Below, in pieces: positions 14,643 to 24,713 of a DNA stretch of 45,382 nt. The translations under genes and the position numbers were made by a program. Every line of letters starts with the position of its first letter. Position 1 is the first letter of the stretch. The notes under the pieces are model-generated. The model worked only from the letters and a program-made list of their open reading frames with translations, was not told the DNA's origin and searched no databases. Source of the DNA: a virus; IMG/VR virus record IMGVR_UViG_3300029515_000010, positions 1 to 45,382 of that record; one strand, 5' to 3'.

Positions 14643-14723
14643 CAAGTAACAACCGGCTATCAATTAGAGATAGTCGCTAACCTACACAGCCTTTTAAAAG
14701 TTATAGGCAGAAAGGACATTTCT

Positions 14724-15224
14724 ATGCCAGTTACAGGAAAAATTGACCGTAAATATATGGCTCATTACATTGATTCTGGTTCTCTTTGTGGAGGACTGAC
14801 ACCAAAATATGAGCGCCTTGGAAAAGATCTGGAAGAGTACAATATTGACCTCAATCCGGATACTGAAACATCTAAGAATATTCTTGGAGAATCCACATTT
14901 AAGCATAATGGCTACGAAGCTTCTTCTGATGCCGATCCATTCTATGCAGATACCACGTCTGATCTGTTCGAAAAGCTTCAGCAGATTGTGGACGAACGTC
15001 TTAAAGATGATAATCTGAAAACAAGTGCAGTTGAAGTACATCTCTGGAAAGAAGCAACAGCCGGTAAATACGAAGCATACAAGCAGGATTGCCATGTTGT
15101 GCCGACTTCCTACGGCGGTGATACATCCGGCTATCAGATTCCGTTCACAGTTAATTACGTTGGAGAGCGCGTCAAAGGTAAATTTGACATTACTTCCGGC
15201 TCATTTACAGCTGACAGCGAATAA
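14724..15224 (+). CDS. Major tail protein
   Basis: 166 aa, upstream of the two chaperone genes and the tape measure. AAAGGA RBS. Confidence 0.7.
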   Translation: MPVTGKIDRKYMAHYIDSGSLCGGLTPKYERLGKDLEEYNIDLNPDTETSKNILGESTFKHNGYEASSDADPFYADTTSDLFEKLQQIVDERLKDDNLKTSAVEVHLWKEATAGKYEAYKQDCHVVPTSYGGDTSGYQIPFTVNYVGERVKGKFDITSGSFTADSE

Positions 15225-15244
15225 TTTTTAGGAGGACGTAGAAA

Positions 15245-15670
15245 ATGGCAAAAACAATTAACACAAATATTGATGATGGATTTCTTCTTTTCACATTCAC
15301 AAACAAGCAGGGCGAAGTGTTCTCCTCATTCAAACTGAACCCTACCGACATTAACGTTGCAGCAAGAGCGGAAGAATTGGAAACTTTCTTTGAACAGGCT
15401 CAGGAATCTGTTAAAAATGTTTCTTCTAGCAAAGAGATGGCGGAGATTAATAGACAGATTGAGGACAAAATCAATTATATGCTCGGATACGAAGCAGCTA
15501 AGGATTTATTTAAAGAACCAATCACAGCAACAACTGTTTTTGGAAATGGTCAGGTGTTCGCCTATATCGTTCTGGACAAAATCAATGAAGCACTTACTCC
15601 GGAAATTGAAAAGAGAAAGAAAAAAATGCAGGAAGTGGTCAATAAGTATACGGAGAAGTATATAAAATGA
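15245..15670 (+). CDS. Tail assembly chaperone
   Basis: 141 aa, acidic, between the major tail protein and the Gp15-like and tape measure genes. Confidence 0.6.
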   Translation: MAKTINTNIDDGFLLFTFTNKQGEVFSSFKLNPTDINVAARAEELETFFEQAQESVKNVSSSKEMAEINRQIEDKINYMLGYEAAKDLFKEPITATTVFGNGQVFAYIVLDKINEALTPEIEKRKKKMQEVVNKYTEKYIK

Positions 15671-16239
15671 CCGCCTATGAGTTGCCCACCTCACTAAATA
15701 TCAGTGGGGTGGATTTTTCTATCAGAACAGATTTTCGTGCGATTATTGATATTCTCATTGCCATGAATGACCCGGAATTAGACGAGCAGGCAAAAGCAGT
15801 AGTCATGTTACAGATCTTGTTCGAGGATTGGCAGAATATACCGCCAGAGCACTTATCTGAAGCCTGTCAGAAAGCATGCGAATTTATTGACTGCGGACAG
15901 ACTGATGATAACTCAAACAAACCAAAACCCCGTTTGATGGACTGGGAACAGGACGGAGACATGATCGTTCCGGCAGTAAACAAGGTTGCCGGTAAAGAAA
16001 TCAGATCCATACCTTATATGCACTGGTGGACGTTCTTCGGGTACTTCATGGAATCTGGCGAATGTCTTTTTAATACCGTAGTTGGAATCCGTTCAAAAAA
16101 AGCAAAGGGCGAAAAGCTTGATAAATGGGAAAAGAAATTCTATCAAGAGAACAAGAACATTATTGATATAAAAACACGTCTCAGCGACGAGGAGCAAGCT
16201 TATAAAGATAAGCTAAATGAGATGCTTAACCTCAAATAG
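15667..16239 (+). CDS. Gp15-like tail assembly protein
   Basis: 190 aa. ELPTSLNISGVDFSIRTDFRAIIDILIAMNDPELDEQ resembles the Phage_Gp15 family, from memory. ATGA overlap with the upstream gene. Confidence 0.6.
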   Translation: MTAYELPTSLNISGVDFSIRTDFRAIIDILIAMNDPELDEQAKAVVMLQILFEDWQNIPPEHLSEACQKACEFIDCGQTDDNSNKPKPRLMDWEQDGDMIVPAVNKVAGKEIRSIPYMHWWTFFGYFMESGECLFNTVVGIRSKKAKGEKLDKWEKKFYQENKNIIDIKTRLSDEEQAYKDKLNEMLNLK

Positions 16240-16254
16240 TTAGGAGGTGGACAC

Positions 16255-19200
16255 ATGGCTGCTGATGGCTCAGTCATTATTGATACCAGAATAGACACGT
16301 CTGGCGTACAGAACGGCGTGTCTGCAATAAAAAAGTCATTTAACGGCCTTGGAAGTGCTGTAAAAAAAATCGGTCTGCTGATTGGTGGGGCTTTTGCGGT
16401 TGGCAAGTTGGTACAGTTTGGAAAAGAGTGCACAAAACTTGGTTCAGATTTAAACGAAGTTCAAAGTGTTGTGAATGTAGTTTTTCCAAATATGACTGAA
16501 AAAGTTGATGAGTTTTCAAAAAAAGCAGCAAAAACAGCAGGCTTGTCAGAAACAATGGCAAAAAAATACGTAGGCTTATTTGGATCAATGGCAAAACAGT
16601 TTAATTTTACGGAATCACAGGCCTACGATATGTCAACACAGCTTACCCAGCTAGCAGGAGATGTAGCTTCTTTTTACAATATTAGTCAGGATTTAGCATA
16701 TATCAAGTTAAAGTCTGTATTTTCTGGTGAAACAGAAACATTAAAAGATATCGGGGTTGTAATGACTCAAAATGCACTTGATGAATATGCGCTTGCAAAT
16801 GGCTACGGAAAAACCACATCTGCTATGACCGAACAGGAGAAAGTGGCTCTTCGTCTGGCTTTTGTGCAGAAACAGTTATCAGCCGCATCTGGAGACTTTA
16901 TCCGTACTTCTGATAGCTGGGCGAACCAAGTGCGAGTGATGCAGTTACAGCTGCAATCTCTCAAGGCAACAGTTGGACAGGGGTTAATCAACCTCTTTAC
17001 TCCTGTTCTGAAAGTTATCAATATCTTACTCGGTAAGTTAGCAACTCTGGCAAATGCCTTCAAGTCATTTACTGAGTTAATCACCGGGAAGAAATCATCT
17101 GGACAGACAGGTGCAAGCGGCGCAGGTCTTGCCGGAACAGATGCGATAGCTGATACGGCCGACCAATATGGAAATGCTGCCGACAATGCTGAAAAGCTGG
17201 CGGACGCAACAAATGACACAGCGGATGCAACTAAGAAAGCCACTAAGGCGGCAAAGGGATACCTTAGTCCCCTCGACGAAATAAATAATTACTCAACGGA
17301 TAAAAGCGCAGATTCATCGTCAAAAGTACCGGGTGCAACCGGCGGACTTGCAGATCAAATGAAAGATGCCGTACAAAATGTTGATTATGGAAAGATAGCA
17401 GAGGGTGAGACAGTTCTTGACAAAATGTCAAAACCACTAAAGAAGATAATTGACAGATTTAAACAGCTGGCTAAGTTAATCGCAAAAGGATTCTGGGATG
17501 GGTTAGGAGATTACGAGCCGATTTTTGACGGAATAAAAAAGGATCTTGATTCCATATGGAAATCTTTAAAGGATATCTTCACTGATCCGAAAGTTACCAA
17601 AGCAGCAAATAATTTTTTTGATTCATATGCATATGCAATTGGACAAATTGCCGGCTCGTTTGCCAGAATCGGATTAACAATTGCGCAAAACATTATAGGC
17701 GGAATTGAAAAGTTTTTAAAGCAGAACACGCAAAGAATAAAGAACTATCTGATAGATATGTTCAACATCGGTGCCGAAATTTCACAAATCGCAGGAAATC
17801 TTGCAGTTGCTTTCGCTGATGTTTTCTCAGTTTTTGGTGGAGAAACCGCACAGCAGATTACAGCGGATTTAATCGGAATCTTTGCTGAAATCGGAATGGT
17901 TCTTACAGAAACGGCTGCAAAACTTGGCAGAGATATCCTAAACATGATTGCGCAGCCTTTTATCGACAACAAGGACATTTTAAAGTCCGCAATCGAGGGT
18001 AGCCTCGGAGTAATAGAAACTGTAACAAGTGGGGTCTTAACAGTTGTTCAAAACCTTAGTGACGCAATATCGAGGTTATACGATGAACACGTAAAGCCGC
18101 TCTTTGATTCTATAGCAAATGGACTATCAAGCATATTTGGAACTCTGATAACTGGATATAACACGTACGTTCTTCCTGTTTTGCAAGGACTGGCAGAACA
18201 GTTCAAAGGGCTATTAGAGGGACCGTTAGGGGATGCGATTTTAAAGATAGAAACATTCCTCGGAAAACTCATTGATTCTCTGAAACTTCTGTGGGAGTCA
18301 GTGTTAGTGCCTTTGATTAACTGGATAATCGCAAATTTGCTTCCGGTTGTGGCAAAGATAATTGACGTTGTAGGAACCACAGCAATAAAAGTCTTGGAAT
18401 CATTAATTAAAATTATTGGTGATGTAACAGACACGCTGAGCGGAATCATTGATTTTCTTGTCGGCGTTTTCACGGGAGACTGGGAACTGGCTTGGCAGGG
18501 AATAAAAGAGATTGCGGATGGAGCATGGAGTTTTATCAAAGATGTTGTGTCAGGTGCGTGGGAGGTAATTAAAACCGTAACAAAAGGCGCGTTGAGTATA
18601 ATAAAGAGTATCATCAGCACTGCTTGGAATGCGATTAAAGCATTGACTTCAACAATCTGGAACGCAATCAAAAAGACACTTTCTGGCCTTTGGAACTCTC
18701 TTAAATCCACAGCCAGTACAGTATTTAATGCAATTAAAACAAAAGTTGCGAGCGTGTGGGATAGCGTAAAGAATAAAACATCTCAAGTATGGGAAAACGT
18801 AACTACATTTGTTTCTAATAAAGTAGAAGCGATAAAAAATGCTATCACTAATAAGTTTAATGCTGCCAGGGATGCGGTCAAATCTGCATTTGAAGGTATT
18901 GTTAATTTCATTAAAGCTCCGATTAATCAGGCAATCAGCATTGTTAATAATGCAGTTGGGATGATTAATAATGCAATTGGTGGAATTGAATCTGCATTTT
19001 CCTTTGGGCCTTGGACTGTTCCAACACCGTTTGGCTCAAAGACTATTGGATTTCATGCAACATTTCCACGTATCGGAACTATCCCATATCTGGCCAGTGG
19101 TGCAGTTATTCCACCAAGGTCAGAATTCCTTGCGGTATTAGGCGATCAGAAGAAAGGCAATAACCTGGAAGCACCGGAAAGCCTGTTGCGTCAGATCGTC

Positions 19201-19356
19201 CGGGAAGAGTCAGGGAAAGGGCAGGGAAATGGAAACACTTACAATGTTACAGTCAATGCATCTGGCAGAAAACTATTAGACATTATCATTGATGAAGCGG
19301 AACTTAGGAGACGCAGAAACGGCGGTCAGAATCCATTCTTGTTAGGAGGTGTGTAA
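16255..19356 (+). CDS. Tape measure protein
   Basis: 1033 aa. Ala/Gly/Ile/Lys-rich helical repeats with hydrophobic segments, in the canonical position. Confidence 0.9.
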   Translation: MAADGSVIIDTRIDTSGVQNGVSAIKKSFNGLGSAVKKIGLLIGGAFAVGKLVQFGKECTKLGSDLNEVQSVVNVVFPNMTEKVDEFSKKAAKTAGLSETMAKKYVGLFGSMAKQFNFTESQAYDMSTQLTQLAGDVASFYNISQDLAYIKLKSVFSGETETLKDIGVVMTQNALDEYALANGYGKTTSAMTEQEKVALRLAFVQKQLSAASGDFIRTSDSWANQVRVMQLQLQSLKATVGQGLINLFTPVLKVINILLGKLATLANAFKSFTELITGKKSSGQTGASGAGLAGTDAIADTADQYGNAADNAEKLADATNDTADATKKATKAAKGYLSPLDEINNYSTDKSADSSSKVPGATGGLADQMKDAVQNVDYGKIAEGETVLDKMSKPLKKIIDRFKQLAKLIAKGFWDGLGDYEPIFDGIKKDLDSIWKSLKDIFTDPKVTKAANNFFDSYAYAIGQIAGSFARIGLTIAQNIIGGIEKFLKQNTQRIKNYLIDMFNIGAEISQIAGNLAVAFADVFSVFGGETAQQITADLIGIFAEIGMVLTETAAKLGRDILNMIAQPFIDNKDILKSAIEGSLGVIETVTSGVLTVVQNLSDAISRLYDEHVKPLFDSIANGLSSIFGTLITGYNTYVLPVLQGLAEQFKGLLEGPLGDAILKIETFLGKLIDSLKLLWESVLVPLINWIIANLLPVVAKIIDVVGTTAIKVLESLIKIIGDVTDTLSGIIDFLVGVFTGDWELAWQGIKEIADGAWSFIKDVVSGAWEVIKTVTKGALSIIKSIISTAWNAIKALTSTIWNAIKKTLSGLWNSLKSTASTVFNAIKTKVASVWDSVKNKTSQVWENVTTFVSNKVEAIKNAITNKFNAARDAVKSAFEGIVNFIKAPINQAISIVNNAVGMINNAIGGIESAFSFGPWTVPTPFGSKTIGFHATFPRIGTIPYLASGAVIPPRSEFLAVLGDQKKGNNLEAPESLLRQIVREESGKGQGNGNTYNVTVNASGRKLLDIIIDEAELRRRRNGGQNPFLLGGV

Positions 19357-19734
19357 ATGGCACAGGAGCAGTTTAAAATTGACGGGGTCACTATAAAGGC
19401 CCCTGACACATACAAGCCGGTGTTCGCAACTACATCAACGGAAAGTTCTAAGAGGAGCCAGGATCTTGTTATGCACAACACTCCGATGGGAACTATTGCC
19501 GGATATGACATGGAATGGGGCGAACTTAAATGGGGAGAGATTGCAACGATTCTTAACTCTATGATTAACAAAAGTCAGTTCACATTTCATCACAAAGACC
19601 CTCGAACCCCCGGCAAATGGATTGACAAGACGTTCTATGCATCTAATTTCAACATGGCAGCGCAAACGCTCAAAGACAATGAAGAACGATGGACAGGATT
19701 AACTATTAATGTAAGGAGCATTCGACCGGTATGA
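19357..19734 (+). CDS. Tail component downstream of the tape measure (possibly distal-tail-protein-like)
   Basis: 125 aa. The call rests on position alone. Confidence 0.35.
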   Translation: MAQEQFKIDGVTIKAPDTYKPVFATTSTESSKRSQDLVMHNTPMGTIAGYDMEWGELKWGEIATILNSMINKSQFTFHHKDPRTPGKWIDKTFYASNFNMAAQTLKDNEERWTGLTINVRSIRPV

Positions 19735-22700
19735 TTAATGTTACAAATCAGTTAAAGACGGAATCTCTCTTAAATAGCAATTATTATGTTACGGCGAATG
19801 CGGTGCTGCGTGATGGGACAACTTTAAGCCTGGAAAAAGAAGATTTCTACCTTGACGGAAACGGCATTGTAGATTCTTCTGATTCCGGGGATTTCCCGGT
19901 AGGCGTAGCCATTGAAAAAACAGCAACATTGGCACTGGTCAATGATGATGATAGGTTCTCTGACTACAACTTTGCCGGAGCACAGTTCACTCTATTTTTA
20001 AATTTGCAGCTGTCTGATAGATTGGAGACTATTCGCCGCGGCACATTCATCGTATCAAAAAAACCCGCCACGTCCGATGAGATTAATCTCACTTTGCTGG
20101 ACTATATGAGTAAGGCAGAGACAGGATACAATACAAACCTTGTTTTCCCATGCTCTGTCAGAGAGGTTTTAGAAGATGTCTGTCAGCAGACCGGGATTGT
20201 GTTAGGTGACGCAACATTTAAAAACGCAGACTATCAGGTGCAGAAGAAACCGGAGAACACCACTTTTAGAGCAGTAATCGGTATGGTTGCAGCTTTGGCA
20301 GGCGGTAACGCTCGCATTGACGAGAACGATAATTTACGAATTATCACTTTTGACGATGGTGTTGATACCATAACCTTAGAAACAATTCCATGGTATGACA
20401 TTAACGGAAACACTATTCTTGACATTGATAGCAACGAGATTGAGACAGTTCTCGAACGAAAAGGATTTAAGCCAAATTTTATCAATAACCTTACCTATGA
20501 TGTTGACGATGTAGTTGTTACTGGGGTCAAGTATGTAGATAATGAAACCGAATATAAGTACGGAACGGACGGGTATGTCATCACGATTGACAACAAGCTT
20601 CTGAGTGGCAATGAACAGACGGGAATTGACCTGATCGGAAAAGAACTTGTCGGTATGAGATTAAGACCATTCTCTTGTGACAGCATAGCAATCGGATACG
20701 CCACATTTGGAGATAGAATTACATTTTCCGACATTAAAGGCAATATTTACTATTCATATCTGACAGATGTAGACTTCGCATTCTCTGGCAGTACAAGCTT
20801 CTCTTGTAATGCAAAGAGCATGGAAGACATCAATGCTGACTATCCAGACAGCATGCAGGTCGAGGTCGACAACATAAAGAAAGATTCTGAGAAAAAGATT
20901 ACTGCCTATGACGCAAAATTAAAGCAGATGAACGAACTGGCGGCTAACACCCTTGGATTCTACTATACGGAAGAAATTCAGGCAGACGGCTCGACGGTAT
21001 CATATCGTCACGACAAGCCTACGCTTGCTGATTCTAAAGTAATCTACAAGACGGGCGTTGATGGATTCTTCTTGTCAGTAGACGGAGGCCGGACTTGGAA
21101 AGCCGGATTTGACAGCAACGGTGACGCAGTGCTGAACATTCTGTATGCTATCGGCATTCAGTCTGACTGGATTAACACTAGGGGATTCACGGCAAAAGAC
21201 AATGATGGAAACATCACGTTCCGCATTGATGCAGAGACAGGGGCCGTCAATCTTAATGCCGCAGAGCTTACAATTAAGGGGAAAACACCTGAGAACGTGG
21301 CAAATGCTGAAGTTGAGAAATTCATTACAGAGGTGTATTCTCCACAGATTAAGGTTCTTCAGGAGCAGATTGACGGGCAGATAGAAGCATTCTTTGGAGA
21401 CTATGTTCCTGATGGTAATAATGAACCGGCGTCCACTTGGACAGATGATACAACTAAAGAAAAGCACTTAGGTGACCTGTTTTACATCGTAAACAATGAA
21501 GAATATGGCGGGCAGGCTTACAGATATGCAAAGATTAATGGCGAATACAAGTGGGACTACGTGAAGGATACTGCGGTGGTCAAAGCTCTGGCTGATGCGG
21601 CGCAGGCACAAAACACAGCAAACGCAAAGAAGAGAATATTCGGAGTAGAGCCGGTGCCACCTTACGATATTGACGATCTATGGGTTCAGGGAAAGGCAGG
21701 GGACATTCTTAAGTGTCAAAAGGCAAAGGCAGAGGGCGCAAGCTATGACGCCGATGACTGGGTGAGAGCATCTAAGTATACAGATGATTCAGCAGTTACA
21801 GCCTTTATCAAGGGCGTTTTTGCTGATACGATTGAAAGCCTCCAAGAGCAACTTGATGGCAAGATTCAGACCTGGAGCCAGGATACAGACCCGGCGCTTG
21901 AATGGACAGAAACAGAAGAGATTCCGTGGACAGATGTTGATGGCAATTCCATTCTGGACGTAGGCGGAAATGAGATTTTAATTGTTTGGGAAAAAGGTAA
22001 ATATATCCACAAAGGAGACCTTTGGCAGAATACCGCCAATAACGCTAACACGCGCTGGCGGTGGGACGGAAATGAATGGGTCGAACAGAAAGCCCCAGAT
22101 TATCTGTTTGATAAGATTGACGGGAAAGCGGCAGTCTATTTTGAACAGCCTAAGCCACCATACAACATGGGAGATTTTTGGATCACATCAAAAGCCGATG
22201 GCGAAGCTTCTATCAAAACAGCGGTTAGAAGTCGGTCGGATGGTGCATTTACTGACACTGACTGGATTGATTTCAAATATGTGGACAAAACTGACATTGA
22301 TAATGCAGTCAAAGAGTATGATACAAGCCTTGGACAGGATGAAGTATTTAATAAGCTTACTAATGGCGGTGAAGAGCAAGGCATATATATCAAGGACAAG
22401 AAGCTGTATATTAACGCAAATTACATCCTTGCAGGCGTTTTGGCAGGCAAATTTATCAATGCGAAAGGCATAAAGGTTATTGATAAGGACAACCAAACAA
22501 CCTTATACATTGATGATAACGGGAAAGTTCATATTCTTGCCACCGAATTTTCTTTGCAGGGCAAGAGCGTATCCGATATTGCCACGGATGCGGCTACGGA
22601 AGAAGCGAAGAAATATAAGACTCTAAATGTAACATTATCGAATGAGTATCAGGGTATTCCAACGGATGCGGAAGGTAATTACACAGCATTCCCTGAGTGC

Positions 22701-24500
22701 AAAACGACGGTGACGGCGTTGTATGGCGATGAGAATGTTACAAACAGCGCAACTATAACGTTTACTGCCGGAAGCGGGGTTACGGGTTCAAAATCAGGAG
22801 CAACATATACAGTAACGGCACTTTCATCTGATACAGGAATTATTACGGTGTCAGTTTCTTATAATAATCTCTCTGTTGAGAAGCAGTTTGCAATTGCAAA
22901 ACAGAAACAGGGTATTCAGGGATTACAGGGTATCCAGGGAATAAATGGAAAAGACGGAATAAGCGGAAAAGACGGTCAGGACGGAAAGACATCTTATTTT
23001 CATATCAAATATAGTTCTGTTGCAAACCCGACTTCTTCCAGTCAGATGAGTGAAACGCCAAGTACCTATATTGGCACTTATGTGGACTATACAGAAGCGG
23101 ATAGCAACGACCCTGGCAAATACACATGGAGTCGATTTGAAGGCAAGGACGGGGCACAAGGAATCCCTGGGACAAATGGAGATAACGGACAAACATCTTA
23201 TCTCCATATTGCTTATGCGACCAGTTCTGACGGAAAAACAGGTTTTTCAGTGTCTGATAGCGCAGGCAAGACTTACATCGGGCAGTATACCGATTTTAAA
23301 GAGAATGATTCTACAAATCCAAGTGATTACAGCTGGACAAAGATAAAAGGTGATACTGGAAACGGTGTATCTGTAATTGCACAACATTACCTTGCTTCTT
23401 CAAGTTCATCAGGTGTAACAACATCCACATCAGGTTGGACGGAATCCGTGCAGACACCAACATCATCTAAAAGATATTTGTGGAATTATCAGACAACCAC
23501 ATACACGGACGGAACGAGTGTGAACACTACTCCGCATGTTATCGGTGTATATGGAGAAAAAGGCGATGATGGCAAAGACGCGTCAGATATGACCCAGTTG
23601 GATATTTTTAATAAATTGACCAATAACGGTCAGACTCAAGGAATTTATTTATATAATCAAAAGTTATATATTAATGCCGATTATATTGATACAGGTTCCT
23701 TGGCTGGATGGGAAGTTGGATATAAAAAGCTTTCAGCAAATGGCACGTATGGAGAAGTAACGCTAGACGCTTCAGCTGGGGAAATCTATTCAGAGACGAA
23801 TACAGGAGTATATGTGCCAGGGTACGGCACATTGTATGGAACACGAATTAGAGGAATCAATCTTTATACAGGAACCGTACACGCAAGCTCAGTCTCGGTT
23901 AATACCAGTGTTTCGGCGGACAGCGTTTCAGCATCAAAAAAAGTTAAAGCGGGCACACACGTAGAAGCCAGTGGGCATTTCTATAGCGTCGGAACGGGCA
24001 CTGACCTTGCAGATTTGAGTGTGCGCGGAACAAAGAAAAGGATTCTTTCGACAAAGGACTATGGCACACAGGCATTTTATTGTTACGAAATGGCATCCCC
24101 CATGTTTGGAGACATCGGAGAAGCGTCCATATCGGAAGATGGCACATGTCTGATAGACATAGATGACATTTTTCAAGAATCTACCAATGTAGGGATTGAA
24201 TATTATGTTTTCTTGCAAAAGGAAGGAGATGGCGATTGTTGGGTAGATAAAAAGGAACAGACGTATTTTATTGTTAAAGGTACTCCGGGACTTAAATTTG
24301 CATTCGAAATTAAAGCACGACAAGCTGACTATGAGCATATGCGTTTTGCCGATGCGAGTGAAACAGCTTACGACAGGGCGATAGATACAGACATGCCAGA
24401 GCCAGACTACAGTAAAAGCTTTGAAGTATCAGAACCAGATTACGAAAAGGAACTCCTTAATGATAGGGAAAATATTATTGACGAAATGGGGAAAATATAA
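19731..24500 (+). CDS. Large tail-tip / host-recognition protein with collagen-like repeats
   Basis: 1589 aa. G-X-Y runs at 22911-22991 and 23142-23195. There are several internal duplicated modules and a conserved C-terminal block after ADLSVRGTKKRILSTKDYG. Confidence 0.7.
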   Translation: MINVTNQLKTESLLNSNYYVTANAVLRDGTTLSLEKEDFYLDGNGIVDSSDSGDFPVGVAIEKTATLALVNDDDRFSDYNFAGAQFTLFLNLQLSDRLETIRRGTFIVSKKPATSDEINLTLLDYMSKAETGYNTNLVFPCSVREVLEDVCQQTGIVLGDATFKNADYQVQKKPENTTFRAVIGMVAALAGGNARIDENDNLRIITFDDGVDTITLETIPWYDINGNTILDIDSNEIETVLERKGFKPNFINNLTYDVDDVVVTGVKYVDNETEYKYGTDGYVITIDNKLLSGNEQTGIDLIGKELVGMRLRPFSCDSIAIGYATFGDRITFSDIKGNIYYSYLTDVDFAFSGSTSFSCNAKSMEDINADYPDSMQVEVDNIKKDSEKKITAYDAKLKQMNELAANTLGFYYTEEIQADGSTVSYRHDKPTLADSKVIYKTGVDGFFLSVDGGRTWKAGFDSNGDAVLNILYAIGIQSDWINTRGFTAKDNDGNITFRIDAETGAVNLNAAELTIKGKTPENVANAEVEKFITEVYSPQIKVLQEQIDGQIEAFFGDYVPDGNNEPASTWTDDTTKEKHLGDLFYIVNNEEYGGQAYRYAKINGEYKWDYVKDTAVVKALADAAQAQNTANAKKRIFGVEPVPPYDIDDLWVQGKAGDILKCQKAKAEGASYDADDWVRASKYTDDSAVTAFIKGVFADTIESLQEQLDGKIQTWSQDTDPALEWTETEEIPWTDVDGNSILDVGGNEILIVWEKGKYIHKGDLWQNTANNANTRWRWDGNEWVEQKAPDYLFDKIDGKAAVYFEQPKPPYNMGDFWITSKADGEASIKTAVRSRSDGAFTDTDWIDFKYVDKTDIDNAVKEYDTSLGQDEVFNKLTNGGEEQGIYIKDKKLYINANYILAGVLAGKFINAKGIKVIDKDNQTTLYIDDNGKVHILATEFSLQGKSVSDIATDAATEEAKKYKTLNVTLSNEYQGIPTDAEGNYTAFPECKTTVTALYGDENVTNSATITFTAGSGVTGSKSGATYTVTALSSDTGIITVSVSYNNLSVEKQFAIAKQKQGIQGLQGIQGINGKDGISGKDGQDGKTSYFHIKYSSVANPTSSSQMSETPSTYIGTYVDYTEADSNDPGKYTWSRFEGKDGAQGIPGTNGDNGQTSYLHIAYATSSDGKTGFSVSDSAGKTYIGQYTDFKENDSTNPSDYSWTKIKGDTGNGVSVIAQHYLASSSSSGVTTSTSGWTESVQTPTSSKRYLWNYQTTTYTDGTSVNTTPHVIGVYGEKGDDGKDASDMTQLDIFNKLTNNGQTQGIYLYNQKLYINADYIDTGSLAGWEVGYKKLSANGTYGEVTLDASAGEIYSETNTGVYVPGYGTLYGTRIRGINLYTGTVHASSVSVNTSVSADSVSASKKVKAGTHVEASGHFYSVGTGTDLADLSVRGTKKRILSTKDYGTQAFYCYEMASPMFGDIGEASISEDGTCLIDIDDIFQESTNVGIEYYVFLQKEGDGDCWVDKKEQTYFIVKGTPGLKFAFEIKARQADYEHMRFADASETAYDRAIDTDMPEPDYSKSFEVSEPDYEKELLNDRENIIDEMGKI

Positions 24501-24700
24501 TGAAGAAAATTCTTACAAGTTTTATGAATCTTAGCACAGGAGAGGGAAGCCGTATTGCTTACACCTATTCCGAGGTAAACGAGGAAACAGGAGAGGTTGT
24601 CAGCCAGAATAATAAAGGCAATTTCCTTGTGATGAATGACGATGTGCAGGCTCATCTTGATGCAGTCAAGAAATATATCCGGGACAAATATTTAGCATAA
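24500..24700 (+). CDS. Hypothetical small protein
   Basis: 66 aa. TAATG overlap with the upstream gene. Confidence 0.45.
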   Translation: MKKILTSFMNLSTGEGSRIAYTYSEVNEETGEVVSQNNKGNFLVMNDDVQAHLDAVKKYIRDKYLA

Positions 24701-24713
24701 GGAGGAAGCAGTT

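Noticed and set aside
15602-15670. A-rich slippery run (GAAAGAAAAAAATG, A7 at 15621-15627) near the end of the tail chaperone gene. It was considered as a possible G/GT-type -1 frameshift into the downstream Gp15-like gene.
   Set aside because: The -1 frame, which is the frame of 15667, has stops at 15607-15609 and 15643-15645, so no fusion product can form. The overlapping ORF 15357..15665 is in the other frame and ends before the chaperone stop.
16803-18710. Long reverse-strand ORFs inside the tape measure gene (16803..17243 and 18048..18710). The same applies to 13601..14269, 36017..36526, 38453..38893, 39054..39434, 39636..40031, 20234..20743 and 23934..24338.
   Set aside because: They lie entirely antisense to long, well-supported genes, have no RBS, and have odd low-complexity or Cys/Ser/Leu-rich composition typical of shadow ORFs.
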